The translations under genes and the position numbers were made by a program. The notes beneath the pieces were generated by a model that searched no databases, was not told where the DNA came from, and saw nothing but the letters and a program-made list of their open reading frames with translations. From NCBI RefSeq assembly GCF_009914755.1, contig NC_060928.1: a stretch of DNA of 64,000 nucleotides, one strand, 5' to 3'. How positions within the stretch are numbered: the stretch's first letter is position 1; every line of letters starts with the position of its first letter. Source of the DNA: the human T2T-CHM13v2.0 reference genome, Homo sapiens. Positions 1 through 11,830 of the stretch are shown here, piece by piece.

Positions 1-1885
1 TTCAGCCTACAAACTAGTAGGTGGTGCTTGTGGGTAACAGCCAGCTATAGAAAAAGCAGATTAATATATACTGGATCTTTGTTAGTCATGAGGTGCTCTC
101 TGTTGTTTCAGATAATAGGCTGGACAGTAGAATGACTGGTGCCCTGAGCTTCATTTTCAGTGATGGGGTTGTGGGGATGGTTTTGTGGAGCTGGGCCACC
201 TGGTTTGCATATGAATACCCAAATGATGAGCACAGCCACCAACCCTGACAGGGCAGCTGGGAAAGCTACTGAAAAAATGTGCTAAGGTCTCTGTGGAGGT
301 TGAGGTGGCACAAGCTCCACATCCTAGATTGTCAGGAACATGATCTGTTTTCATAACACAACCTTGTCCCAGGGCTCTTGGCTCTTGGTTCAGACACACA
401 CTGTTGTCTACTTCCAGGCTACAGTGTAGATGAGAGCCATAGGAAATGACTGCCCTGAGGCACTCCGCAGAAACGATTTTGGGACAAGGACCTCTTCACT
501 CAGCCCCGTACAGGGATATTTGTGACTTCCTGTTCTCCAATGAAGTAACACTGCTACTTTGTATAAAGAAGGGCAGAAGCTCTACCTTCTGGCATGTGCA
601 GGTGGGTGTCAGGTGTGGTGATTTCAGCTGATTGGGTTGGCCTATCCTTAGGCCCCAAGGGACTGATCAGGTGCAAGCAACCTTGGACTGAGCTAGGTAA
701 TACTCCAATTCTCAGGCCCCTAGATAGCCAACTGAACAGCATGTGCAAGTCCTGAAGGGACTAGACAAATATCAGGTTAGTGGACTTGTTCTCAGGGTCC
801 CAGAATTCAGGTAGTGGCTTGATAGGTAAGGTTGGGCTATTCCTGAAGACACCAGCAGAACTCTCAGGCAGGGGCAGACAGAATGCTCAGCTGGTGGCAG
901 AATGGCAGAACATTCAGGTGATTACAGGCCTATGTGGGCTGGGCTCTGAGAAGTGCTTTGGGCCACAGCTGAAATGGTCAGGTAGGAGCAAGGTGGCTGC
1001 ATTATAGGCCTTTCATTGGGAAAGCCAGGGTCACCTCAACTGGAACTGTGGAGTCTGGAAGCTGCAAGGTAAATGGATTGTTCACACTCACTCCCCCACA
1101 CATAAGTAGCAATGCACTGTGCTGTTAGGGCTACACTTAGGTACCTGGCCTACCAACTCCCTCCTTGGCCCAGGGTTGGCAAGGACAATAGAAGCAGTGG
1201 CAGCAGGTACCGTGGGAGCCTAAGGGTATATCACCAGCCTCTGGGAGCAGGGCTCTCAGAATAATGTTGGCCCAAAGCACTACTTGTCACATGGGGCAAG
1301 GTGGCTATGCTGGGGACCTGATGCTGAAGTGGGCAGACACTGTTTAGTGAGGAGCAGGGGAGGCAGAGCGTTGTGTGGTATGTAGTCTGCCTACTCTTCC
1401 ATACCATGGCTGCAGTATCTGTTTTTGTGGCACGTAAAAGTGCCTGGCTTCCTTGCTCCACCCCTGGCAGGGTGGCAGCAGCTGGCACCAGGCTGCTCAG
1501 GAATAAGATTACTGTGGGATTCAACAAGGGCTCTAGCAGTGCCTCTGAATAGTCTCCAAGCAGCTATCTGTTGGTCTGGAGACCTGTGAGGTCCAAGGGT
1601 TCTACTCTGTGTCTAGGATTGTAAATGTCCATGGCGGAAGTGTGGAACCCCAGAGGTCTCTCCCTCACTCACCCCTTCTTCACATTAGGAAGCCTCTCCC
1701 AGCTCCATGCTGATCCCAGCTCAGCAGGCTACCGGGCTTCGCTTTCCTCTGCTTTCCATGTTCTTGTCACTTTCGAATTGATTCCAGTGTACTTTTTAAG
1801 ATGATCTCCTTGAAGTGCTAATATTTACTTGCTGTTTTGATTCATTTCCAGGAGAGAGGTGACCATTAACTGCTTCTAGTCAGTT
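1..1885 (-). mobile_element. Old L1 (L1M-type) 5' UTR region, minus strand, running off the left edge of the window
   Basis: GC-richer block ending in ctgcttctagtcag, whose reverse complement ctgactagaagcag resembles the recalled L1M 5' terminus; sequence shifts abruptly to AT-rich after about 1890. Subfamily uncertain. Confidence 0.55.
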
Positions 1886-2827
1886 TCTAGTCAGAAACTA
1901 AAGTGTTTTTTATAACAAATCAAATTTATAGCAAAAAATATATATTTATTATGAATAAAATTGATAGGTAATAATCAGAATTTCAAGCAAAACAACCCTA
2001 CTTTACAGCAAACAATATTAGAACCCAGCGCTCCCAGATCATTCTGTCATACATCATTTCCTAAAAGAAACAATAAAAATAAAAGATCACTCCTGCACAC
2101 ACACAACACATCTAATTGAAAAGTTCTTGTGAAATATTTAAACCCAAATACATAGTACAGTACATCAGTTGTACATGCTCATATATAACATAAACAATAT
2201 CTAATAATGAAACTTAAAGTTTAGCCCATGAGAGATCATTTATTTTATGGTTTTTTTAAGAATAGAAATTCACTTAGATATGGTATTTCTAATAAATGGC
2301 AGTAATACATTTGAAATTATATGTTTTAATTTCTCCACATTAAATTATAAATTAATGTCCTTAAATAAAGGCAAAAATACTTTCTGTAATTAACATATTT
2401 AATAACTTAAAACTTCATTTTAATTGCCTGATTTATAGTTATTTCCATAAATCTTGACTTGCTGGAAATGGATGGCTAAATTTTTACTGCAAAACCTGAA
2501 ATTAGTGTCTCATAAACTGATTTCACAAATTTAAAATATTATAAAAATCTTTAGGATTCATAAAATTATTAATTATATACATTAATATTTTTCAAAACAA
2601 TTGCTCATTTAAAAGTATATGTTATTTTAAAAATTGGGAGGGTTTAGGGTAAAACATTTACTAAATAATGTAGGATTGGAAGCAGGGGTCATAAATAAGA
2701 AAATGTTTTACCAATAATAATGAAAAATAATGCTTATAATTTAAAATTAACACAACACCTGGACAACTTTAAAGATAAATATATAGCAAAAGTGAGTTTT
2801 AGAAATATATTTATTATTTAGAAAGTC

Positions 2828-3000
2828 AGCATAGTACAATTGTTAAGGAATCAGTACCTTACATATTCTGACAATTCACTCATCAATATACTGACTGTTA
2901 AATGTGAGTGATAATATTTACTTCATAGGGTTTTTACATGTATTAAAAAAGTTAATGTGTGGAAAGCACTAAGTGGTTTTTAGCAAATAGTGCATACTTA
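2828..3000 (+). mobile_element. MIR SINE, degraded
   Basis: agcatagt..gttaag start and the MIR core taatatttacttcataggg...gttaatgtgtggaaagcactaag. Confidence 0.6.
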
Positions 3001-3114
3001 ACGTCAGATGTAATGCACAATGTGTTGTTCTGATTTGGTAAATGAAGTCATGTCTTTAAAATAATACCTCTTCCTATAAAGGTACCCCTTTATAGGGTAC
3101 AAGGAAGCTCTTTT

Positions 3115-3790
3115 TTGATGCTTAAACAGTTCTGCATTTTTATTGTGTTGGTGGCCACATGAATCTTGAGTGATAAAATTGTATAAAACTACACACACAC
3201 ACACAATTGAGTGTATATAAAAACTGTTAAAATGTGGATAATGTCTATAGATTGTATCAATGTCCATTTCTTTGTTTTGATATCGCACTATAGTTGTGTG
3301 ATTTTATCACTGGGGGAAGTTGGGTGAATATTATACATTACCTCTCTATACTAATTTTGTAAACGTCTGTGAGTATATATTTGTCTTAGTCCATTTTTTG
3401 TTGCTACAAAAGACTGCCACAGGCTGGATAACCTCTAAAGGATAGAGGTATACTTGGCTCATGGTTCTAAAAACTGGGAAGTCCAAGATTGGGCAGTCAC
3501 ATCTAGTGAGGGCCTTCTTGCTGTGTTATCTCATGGCAGAAAGATGGAAAGACAAGTGAGCACATGCAAAAGAGAGAGACACCAGGAGCCCACTCTTGCT
3601 ATAGCTAAACTGCTCTTGCAATAACAACATTAATCTAATCATAAGGACTTGGCTGTAATATAACAGTTCCCTCTCATTAGTCCCCACCACCCCACATTGT
3701 TGTGCTGGAGATTGAGTTTCCAACACATGAACTTTGGGGGAACTCATTCAAATTACTGAAATAATGTTTTCAAAATAATAAGTTAAAAAC
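3115..3790 (+). mobile_element. L1MC/ME-type 3' end fragment interrupted by an MST-type LTR
   Basis: gattgtatcaatgtccatttc...cactgggggaagttgggtgaa...ctgtgagtat before the LTR; ttttcaaaataataagttaaaaa after it. Confidence 0.55.
3382..3760 (-). mobile_element. MaLR solo LTR (MSTC/MSTD-like)
   Basis: tgtcttagtccatt start; ttggctcatggttct...ctgggaagtccaagat; tttccaacacatgaactttggggg near the end. Confidence 0.8.
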
Positions 3791-3865
3791 AGAATCTAGA
3801 AAAGTCACAAACACAATTCCGGTTTTCTGTATCATTCATTATATTTGATACCTTATAGGAATAAG

Positions 3866-4045
3866 CCAGATTGGCTACTTAATTTTGAGAGCCCAGTGAA
3901 AAATGGAACTTCAGAGGCCTATGTACAAAACAATTAAGATTTTTAGGATAACAACAGCAGGCACTTAACCAAGTGTAGGATCATTCCAAAGGTAGAGTTG
4001 TGTGAAATTGACTATACAGGTCGTATGACTGTAAAGCAGCTCCTG
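3866..4045 (-). mobile_element. MER45A-like hAT DNA transposon
   Basis: ggctacttaattttgagagcccagtgaaaaatggaa...caggtcgtatgactgtaaagcagctcctg matches the reverse complement of the recalled MER45A consensus. Confidence 0.65.
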
Positions 4046-5294
4046 GCAGCATTTTGTTAAATAAGAAAACCAAAAAGTTCATCTGGATATGTGGATAAAA
4101 TGAAAATATCTGAGATCATCAGAAACTTACCAGGGGATCTAGCTAAATCTGAGGACAAGTGTTTATCCAGAAGATAAAGACAGACATTAAGTGCAGAAAA
4201 CCTTCTTTGTGCTATGTAAATTACGATGTTTTGTAAACATTCACCAAAGTGGCTTTGAAAATAGTGTCACTAATGCTCCATTTTATCTACAAGGACTATA
4301 TTGAAAGATAAGGGACATGGTAATTCCAGTCCCATTGAAAAATTTAAATACCTTAAATTAGAGCAGATTTAGATAATATTTGGTAACTTTTAAAACAAGT
4401 AATAATAATGAAATAAAGCCTCTTTTATGTAGTTTTCCTAGGGCTTTTTCCTCACTTTGCTTTTTGCATCTTGAAAGAAACCAACCTTGGATGTCTCTAA
4501 TCATGCACTCATACACTTATCACTTTTCTTGTCATCAAATTATCTTATAACCCTTACTCAGTAATCTGCTATGATGATCAAAGTTAATTGTTAATAAATC
4601 AAACATATTTTAAATATATATCAAAAACTTCTAGATATACAAAGCCTAATCAGAATCTATTTAATAATGGAACATACATGCAAACCAATGATATGTGTGA
4701 ATATATTTTTAAATATCAATATTAGTGAAGGAAGGCTGTGAAACAATGTGAGAATGAGTAACCCCAACTCAAACCATTTTTTTCCCTTTTCTGAGCAGTA
4801 ATGAATTTCAAATTCATTTCAGAAATACTATTTTTAAAGATACAAACTTTACATCACCATACAGGATCTAATGAAATGTCACAAGGCATAAAAATGGATA
4901 TACAATCATTTAACTAATTTACACTGTGAAATTCACTACAAAGGTAGCTTACTGTGAACATTAAGAGATATTTAGTTCCAAAAGCATCAGAAGAGTCTTG
5001 GGTTAATTCAAGTTCAAGGACCACATGTTAACAGACTGGAGTATGTAAAAGTTAACATCTATAAGCCTACATATTAAATATGTAAGGAATACAGAATATA
5101 TTGATCAACATTTCAAGGTTACTTTTTAGCGAAAATTGTAAATATTTTTATTAAATTATATAAATGACTTTATTAGTTTATAACAAAATACTTTGTAATG
5201 TTATTTTATATCAAGTTATGATTTACAACATTTGTTAATATTACTTCCTTTTAACATGACCTTCTCTAGCTTCTTTGCCAATCATTTTAGCACT

Positions 5295-5416
5295 GGCTTA
5301 AAACCTGGGTGATGAAATGCTATGTACGACAAATCACCACCATACATACGTGTTTACCTCGGTAACAAACCGTCACATGTACCCCCTAAATCTAAAATAA
5401 AAGTTTAAAAAAAGAA
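5295..5416 (+). mobile_element. L1PA13-16/L1PB extreme 3' end fragment
   Basis: ggcttaaaacctgggtgatgaaat...cacatgtacccctaaatctaaaataaaagtttaaaaaaa. Confidence 0.8.
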
Positions 5417-6014
5417 ACTTGTTCACAGAAAAATGTGAGCTATTTAAATTGTAAAAATAATGACAGGATATGTTTATAATTTTATACGTGTGTGTGTGTG
5501 TATAAATTGGGTGTTTCTGACAGCGGCATTTTTAGCAATGTCATTTAGGGGAAAACAGATGGATATACAACTGGGCTTTTTAAAAGTACAGACAGTAGTT
5601 TCCCAGCAACTGCTCTAATGTCTGCCTCCTCCACCACTCTGGTGCTCACGCAGCGCAGAGCTGTCACCTCCGCCTTCTTCCCTTCCACCTCGCAGGAATT
5701 CACAAGTTGGCCTAACACAGAGAACATGTGTTTGGAAGCAAAGACTAAGACTTGGAACACTGGCTTCTCCCAGAACCCGATGCCTTAACATTACTATATC
5801 ATTTTTATCTGAATGTGCAGCTACCATTTTCTCTAAGTGTATTGCTTTCAAAGGAAACGTTTTATTAAGTGCAAGTTAAGTCCTTCTCTCTGAGTATTTA
5901 TATATACAGTATATATACATATATAAGGCTATATATATATATCTCTTTATGGATATGTGTAAATATATCTATTATATATCAAGGATGATTATGTGTAAAT
6001 ATATTTATTATGCA

Positions 6015-6016
<2 letters not shown>

Positions 6017-6063
<47 letters not shown>
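6017..6063 (+). repeat. (GT)n microsatellite
   Basis: About 19 uninterrupted GT units followed by atgtgtatg. Confidence 0.95.
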
Positions 6064-6064
<1 letters not shown>

Positions 6065-6085
6065 TTGCATAAACCCAAGAGAAGT

Positions 6086-6283
6086 GCGGGGAACATCACA
6101 CACCGGGGCCTGTCGTGGGGTGGGAGGAGCGGGGAAGGATATCATTAGGAGAAATACCTAATGTAAACGACGAGTTAAAGGGTGCAGCACACCAACATGG
6201 CACATGTATACATATGTAATAAACCTGCACGTTGTGCACATGTACCCTAGAACTTAAAGTATAATAATAATAATAATAAAAGA
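6086..6283 (+). mobile_element. L1PA (about PA4-6) 3' end, 5'-truncated, with (TAA)n tail
   Basis: ggggaacatcacacaccggggcctgtcgtgggg...cacatgtaccctagaacttaaagtataataataa. Confidence 0.92.
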
Positions 6284-6664
6284 AAGCTGTTGTCATTTCT
6301 TAAAGAAAATGGCTCAGCCGATCAAACAGGAAGTGCAGCAGGTGGAAGAGTGAGTGGCTTCTGGGAACAAAGGACCACACCTGAGCCTGGTTCTGGTCGA
6401 TAATAATCCTGCAAGTCATTCCTATGTCCTCAACAAAACCAGGACAGCTGAAGATGTAAAAATTGACATTGAGACAGTTGTAAAATCAGCTTCAATTTCA
6501 AAGAAGCTATTGTTGAATTTAATCAATAAACTGAAGAATGATGATAATGTAGATGGCTTCCTTGTTCAGGGGCTTATTCCAGATCACATCCATGAGAGAA
6601 AGACCCATAACGCTGTTTCTCCAGACAGGGATGTTGATTGCTTTCATGTACTTAATGTTGGGTG

Positions 6665-6756
6665 TGATGTAATCAGCTTTTTCGTGATTCCTTCAAAATC
6701 CACATCTCCAACCAACTTGGGTTTAGCAATTATGGGATCTAGAACTCTATGTATTC
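6665..6756 (-). repeat. 92-bp inverted duplicate of 7097-7188 inserted into the pseudogene
   Basis: The reverse complement of 7097-7188 equals 6665-6756 except for 2 substitutions. Confidence 0.97.
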
Positions 6757-6792
6757 CATGGAACCAGTATTTCATGGAACCAGTATTCCATG
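6751..6792 (+). repeat. 16-bp tandem junction repeat (about 2.6 units)
   Basis: gtattccatggaacca / gtatttcatggaacca / gtattccatg. Confidence 0.92.
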
Positions 6793-7802
6793 CTACCAGC
6801 TCCTTCATAGGGTATGTGGGAAATGATGAAGTGAACTGGCATTCCAGCCCTAGAGAAGAATGTGATTGCAGCTGGGAAATAAAAAAAATGTTGGGATGCT
6901 CATTTTAATGTTATTAAACACAGATGGGGCACATGAAAGTCCTGGAGGTGATGCCACGTTACAATATCTCATCAGTACACTCCCATAGAGCAGTTGAAGA
7001 AAAATATAATTCTTGCAGATATTGTAGTATCTGCCTCAGGCATTCCAAATCTGATCACAGCAGATATCAAGGGAGGAGAAGCAATCATTGACATGAGAAT
7101 ACATAGAGTTCAAGATCCCATAATTGCTAAACCCAAGTTGGTTGGAGAGGTGGATTTTGAAGGAATCACGAAAAAGCTGATTACATCATTCCAGTTCCTT
7201 GGGGTGTTCGTCCCAGGACAGTTGTGGTGTTAATGAAGAATATGATTATTACTGCCAAAACATTGTTGAGGCCTGGAGAGCAGTAAGTGCTGAAGTCTAA
7301 AGAGCTTGTAGTAGCTACTCATTAACTATTGTGTCTTCTATGTCATGAACAGCACTCCAAGCCAGTTCAAGAAGCAAAGCAGGTCAGCAGTATTTTTTGT
7401 TTCCTTTATGCTAAAATAGATTAAAATGATGCTTTGTATTCATTGAAAACTTAAGTGCTTGGGTGTTTGAGCACATAACTCTGCAATACCTCACCACGGA
7501 ACATTCCAGTATCATGCAGGGCTATGCGATCTAGTCAAGAGCAGCCATTGACCTAGTTAGTAACATGGGAGTCACTGTCACATTGAGAATGGACGCTTAA
7601 CTTTGTCAAGCCACTTCAGTTCAAAATTGGCCTTTTCTAGGACTGCATTTCTCAAGTGCTATTCCAATAAGAGCTAATACTCATTCTAGTTTCCAAACCT
7701 TGTCAGTTCAACTGCTCAAACCAAAAGAAAAATGTTTCTGGAGAAAATTAGGGAAAAGGTGTAAAGAAAAAAAAATGGTAGTAACTGAGTAGAAAAAACA
7801 TT

Positions 7803-7955
7803 TTATATGTATATATATACACATATATATGTATATATGTGTATATATGTGTATATATATGTGTATATATGTATATATGTATATATATGTGTATATATGA
7901 ATATATATGTGTATATATATGTGTATATATATATATATGTGTATATATATATATA
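7803..7955 (+). repeat. (TA)n/(TATATG)n compound microsatellite in the pseudogene 3' UTR
   Basis: Seen directly. Confidence 0.92.
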
Positions 7956-8502
7956 ACCAGATTTATCCAAGTAGAACCAAATCAGCTAGGGAAAAAGAGA
8001 AATGCATTAAACAACACATTCAAGTTGAAAAAATGCTGATAATTTTCCTAAGCTCTCTTTTTGTGGCTTAGTCATTGGGGAAACATTTAGAGTTGTTTTA
8101 TTTGCTATTAGTCCTCATTTTAGGTATGTTACCCTTAAGTGTGTAGTCTCTCCATTTCAGTTTTCTAGGATTAAAAGGCTTGTTTCATAAATTATTCATG
8201 TTTATTATCCTATTTGGCTTTTGCTATATATTTAAACTTTATTGTTAAATTTTTGTATTGTTAGGGAGTATTTGTATAGCTTCTTTGAAATTTCTTGAAA
8301 CCTATTTCTGAAAAACAAACTCGGCTTGATAATCATTTGGGCAACTTGTATAAGTCTGCAACTTATTTTTCCACCAAAGAGTTGTCAGCACCCGTCTGTT
8401 TCTCAGTGATGTACCCCACTGACTTCCCCGAAAGACTTTTAAGAGCTGGAACTAATATTGAATTTTTTTCCGACTGAGTAGAGGGTTTTAATGTTTTAAT
8501 AA

Positions 8503-8528
8503 TACACACACACACACACACACACACA
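8503..8528 (+). repeat. (AC)n microsatellite
   Basis: Seen directly. Confidence 0.92.
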
Positions 8529-8599
8529 AATAAAGTGCAGACAATACATTAAATAAACAATAAATAAAAGTACTATAAATACATATTGTATACTTCTTT

Positions 8600-9690
8600 G
8601 CCTGTTAATGAATATATTAATTAATTGCCATTATTTTCACCAATATAGCTTTCCTTTTAGAAATATACCATGATTAATTTAATAAGTCTCCTATTGAAAG
8701 ATATTTAAGTTGCTTCCGGTTTTTCGCTGATATAAGTTATTCCAATATATCCTTTTAACAACACCTTTACACACTTGTCCATTTTTAGCTTGAGATAAAT
8801 TGCTGGAAGCGAATTACTAGAACGAAAGACATGAACTTTGAAAGCTTTTAACAATAAATGAGGCTAAAGGAAGTTTATACTTCTGCACCATAATCTATGA
8901 TAGTGTGTTACATTATTTATAACAGAAACTTTGCAGGCAAAACTATTTTTTCTTTGCTTAATTTTGTTTACAAATGTGGACAAATATATAAGCTTACAAG
9001 TGTGGTCAAATATATTACATGTGTTTATTTGTCTTTTACATGTTTTTTTTTTTTTCTAATCCAATTCCTATGTCATTTCCCTCTTATCCCATATAAAATT
9101 TTTATATTCACTTATAAAATCTCCTTATTTGTTAAGGATATTAAGTAATGCTTTACCTGTGATACTGACTGTGATGCAGTTGCTTTATTCAGTTTTTGTT
9201 TCTTTCTTGCATTTTGGTTACAGTGGCTTTTGCTGTCACATTTACTGTTTTTTCTATGCAGATTTTTATTTTTCATGTTTTGCTAAAAAAATTTATATGG
9301 TAGTAATTGTGATAAAAATACATTAAACTTTATTATACTAATTATGGAGTTTTATTTTAAATTACATAAATAGCCTTGTTTTAACTTTGATTCATCTCAA
9401 ATTCATTTTGGTTAAATTGTGAAGGAAAGCATATAACCTTCAGATGCAATGCCTAATGAGTGCCCTAATCTCACTTTTGAATATTTAATTTTTTTTCTAT
9501 TAATGTTGGACTTTTTTTGGTTTTTAGATTTTGATTTCTGTTTCTTTGGTTTCAGTTTTTTTCCAGGGCCAATAGCAGTCTTAGTACTATAGCCTTTTAA
9601 TATATTTTAATATCTGTTAGGACAGGATCCCTTTCACTTCACTGCTCATACACGATAAACTGAGCTAGTTTTATCCATTTATTTTTCCAA
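8600..9690 (-). mobile_element. Ancient L1 (L1ME-like) fragments
   Basis: tctcctattgaaagatatttaagttgcttccggttttt...agataaattgctggaagcgaattactag is typical antisense L1M 3' sequence; highly degraded. Confidence 0.5.
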
Positions 9691-10229
9691 GACACACTGG
9701 CAGAATGAGCCTCTTCAAGCTTAGCATATCTTGTGAGAAGGGAAAATATCAGATATTAGGAGATGCTTTTTTCCAAAGCAATTTTAAAATCTCATCCTTA
9801 TGAGACTGAATATTACAACAACATACTTTTTTTCCAACATAATTTCTAATTTAAATACACTTTTCACCAATAAAATGGACTGTTTTAGAGATAAAAATAG
9901 AAATCTAATGTTCATATGAAAACTAATATTAAGATTGTAGACTTTACAACAAATGTGTTGAGGTGAATGGAGGGGTAAAAAAGTTAATTGTAGAAAAATA
10001 ACATTTAGAAAAATTCTCTGAACTCTAACCACATGTGACGATAAATCATCCCAAGTAACTCAGACTCTAATTATAAAAGCCTCAGTGGTAAAGTTAGCCA
10101 AGTATATAGAATTAATTTGTATAATTTTTACCTGACTTCAGATGTATCACCTGGAAATTAGATTGCATTTATTGAGACATTTATTTCCTCTAAGGAAAAA
10201 TTTAAAAATTTCACAGTCAAAAATTACTA

Positions 10230-10350
10230 TTTAAGATAAATTATCAGCTGAGGAGTCAAAGGTGTAGAAAATTTAAGTGACTTTCCCAAGGGCACAAAAA
10301 TATCTGAGTGCTCAACAGGGAGTAGAAACCAATCTCCTACATCTAGGTGC
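10230..10350 (-). mobile_element. MIR fragment
   Basis: tttaagtgactttcccaagggcaca core. Confidence 0.55.
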
Positions 10351-11536
10351 AATTTCTATTGCAATTCGCAGGGCCCTTCTCTTGATCTTTTATATTACTT
10401 TTTTTTTTCCACCAGTTTTACTGCAACCATGCGGAGAATAACGATTTTTTTCTCTCCAAGATAATTCAGATATAGTTGGGCAAAGAAGGGAGAATCATGT
10501 ATGATTAAATGCCTCAGGTACTGTGATAGTGCCATTATAATTGGTAGCTAGATATTAAAACATTTCCAAGTGAAAAATAGAACCTTGGGGACACAGAAGA
10601 CCAATCTTAAAGAAGGCTGATGAATTCTCTTGAGGAATATATTAAGAAGACATCCCACCACATTCATATACCAACACTTTGAATTCCTTTAAGATATATT
10701 TTCAATATGTTTAAAGTGATCAAGTTTCATCACTTATAATTTCAACCATAGAAAAATAATAAAATAAAATGCAGTATATATGTTTTTAAGAATGCTGTAC
10801 AGGTTTTTAAATTGTGTTCTGAAAAAATATTTAATGGTACAGAGGAATATTTTAGATAAAAACCTTAAGTGAAATAATTTTACATTGTATGATCTTATTT
10901 TTAAAATAGTTATATATTAATGTGAATGCATATATGTATATATTTGAAAATATGTGTTCAGATATGGATATAACTAGAAACTTACTGGAGAAAATTAACC
11001 ATGTTAATTTGCAGATATTTTATTGTTGAGACCTTTTAAAAATACTTTCTGAAGTCTATAATTAATACATATTTTCCATTCATGAGAAAAATAATATTGA
11101 AAACATATTTCCCCACTTGTGGGGAATATGCAGGAATATGCAGGACTAGAATAATACCTTGATCATGCTTTATATTTGAATACTGTTTTAAAGTTTATGC
11201 ACTTTTTCATATATGCTATATATTCTGTAATTGAAAAAAATCATTATTTTTAAAGTTTCACTGGAATTGTTGAAGATAAATCAGCTAAGCTTTAGTCAAT
11301 GAATTAAAAATAATAAGAACAATAAAATTAACTGATATTGGGAAAACTAGATATGAATTAAGAGAGATGAATAAACCACATAGTTCAAGCACTAGAAAAG
11401 CAAAATTTGTTCTCTCATTGTATAAAAATTTTGCAAAATTGTTTCAGTTTTAACTGCCTGAAATTGTAGAAAACATGTTGTTTGTTTGTTTTTAAAACAT
11501 GGGAGGTTTGGTGAATGCAAAAGCATGATAATGCAT

Positions 11537-11570
11537 AATAATAATAATAATAATCATCATCATCATCATA
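11537..11570 (+). repeat. (AAT)n(CAT)n compound trinucleotide repeat
   Basis: taataataataataataatcatcatcatcatcata. Confidence 0.85.
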
Positions 11571-11729
11571 ATCAGCAGACCTTGAATCAATTAACACTTC
11601 AATAAGGAGATGCAATGTAAGTAAGAAAACCCAGTGCTTCCACAAACTTCAGAGAAGTTGGATTCATATCCATGTATATTAATATAGAACGTAATTCTCC
11701 TAAGGAAAATAATTACTTCCTTGTTGCAT

Positions 11730-11830
11730 CAATCTCATGTGATTTTGGAGATAACTAAATGAGGCAATGCATATAAATTGCTTATCAGAGTGCTTAACAA
11801 ATAAGTATTTAGCTCAGTACATTAGGCTAT
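11730..11830 (+). mobile_element. MIR 3' fragment
   Basis: taaatgaggcaatgcatataaattgcttatcagagtgcttaaca. Confidence 0.55.

Larger units (their letters stand above)
6284..8570 (+). pseudogene. MTHFD2: Processed pseudogene of MTHFD2 (mitochondrial methylenetetrahydrofolate dehydrogenase/cyclohydrolase). CDS remnant 6284-7325 plus 3' UTR; which numbered MTHFD2P copy this is cannot be determined here.
   Basis: Intronless translation matches recalled human MTHFD2: AVVIS...VASGNKGPHLSLVLVDNNPASHSYVLNKTR...LLNLINKLKNDDNVDG...DVDCFHVLNVG...ILADIVVSASGIPNLITAD...KPKLVGEVDFEG...VLKSKELVVATH-TAA (7323-7325). Premature stops include TAA at 6301 and TGA at 6351, and there are frameshifts. An A-rich tail with AATAAA lies at about 8528-8570; the 3' boundary is approximate. 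Confidence 0.95.

Noticed and set aside
6751-6792. Short direct repeats as a CRISPR-like array
   Set aside because: The units are contiguous with no spacers, the context is eukaryotic and there are no cas genes
6354-7233. ORFs 6354-6908 and 6994-7233 as a functional MTHFD2 paralog
   Set aside because: No ATG start or mitochondrial leader; in-frame stops, frameshifts and the inverted insert disrupt the CDS; it is an intronless retrocopy
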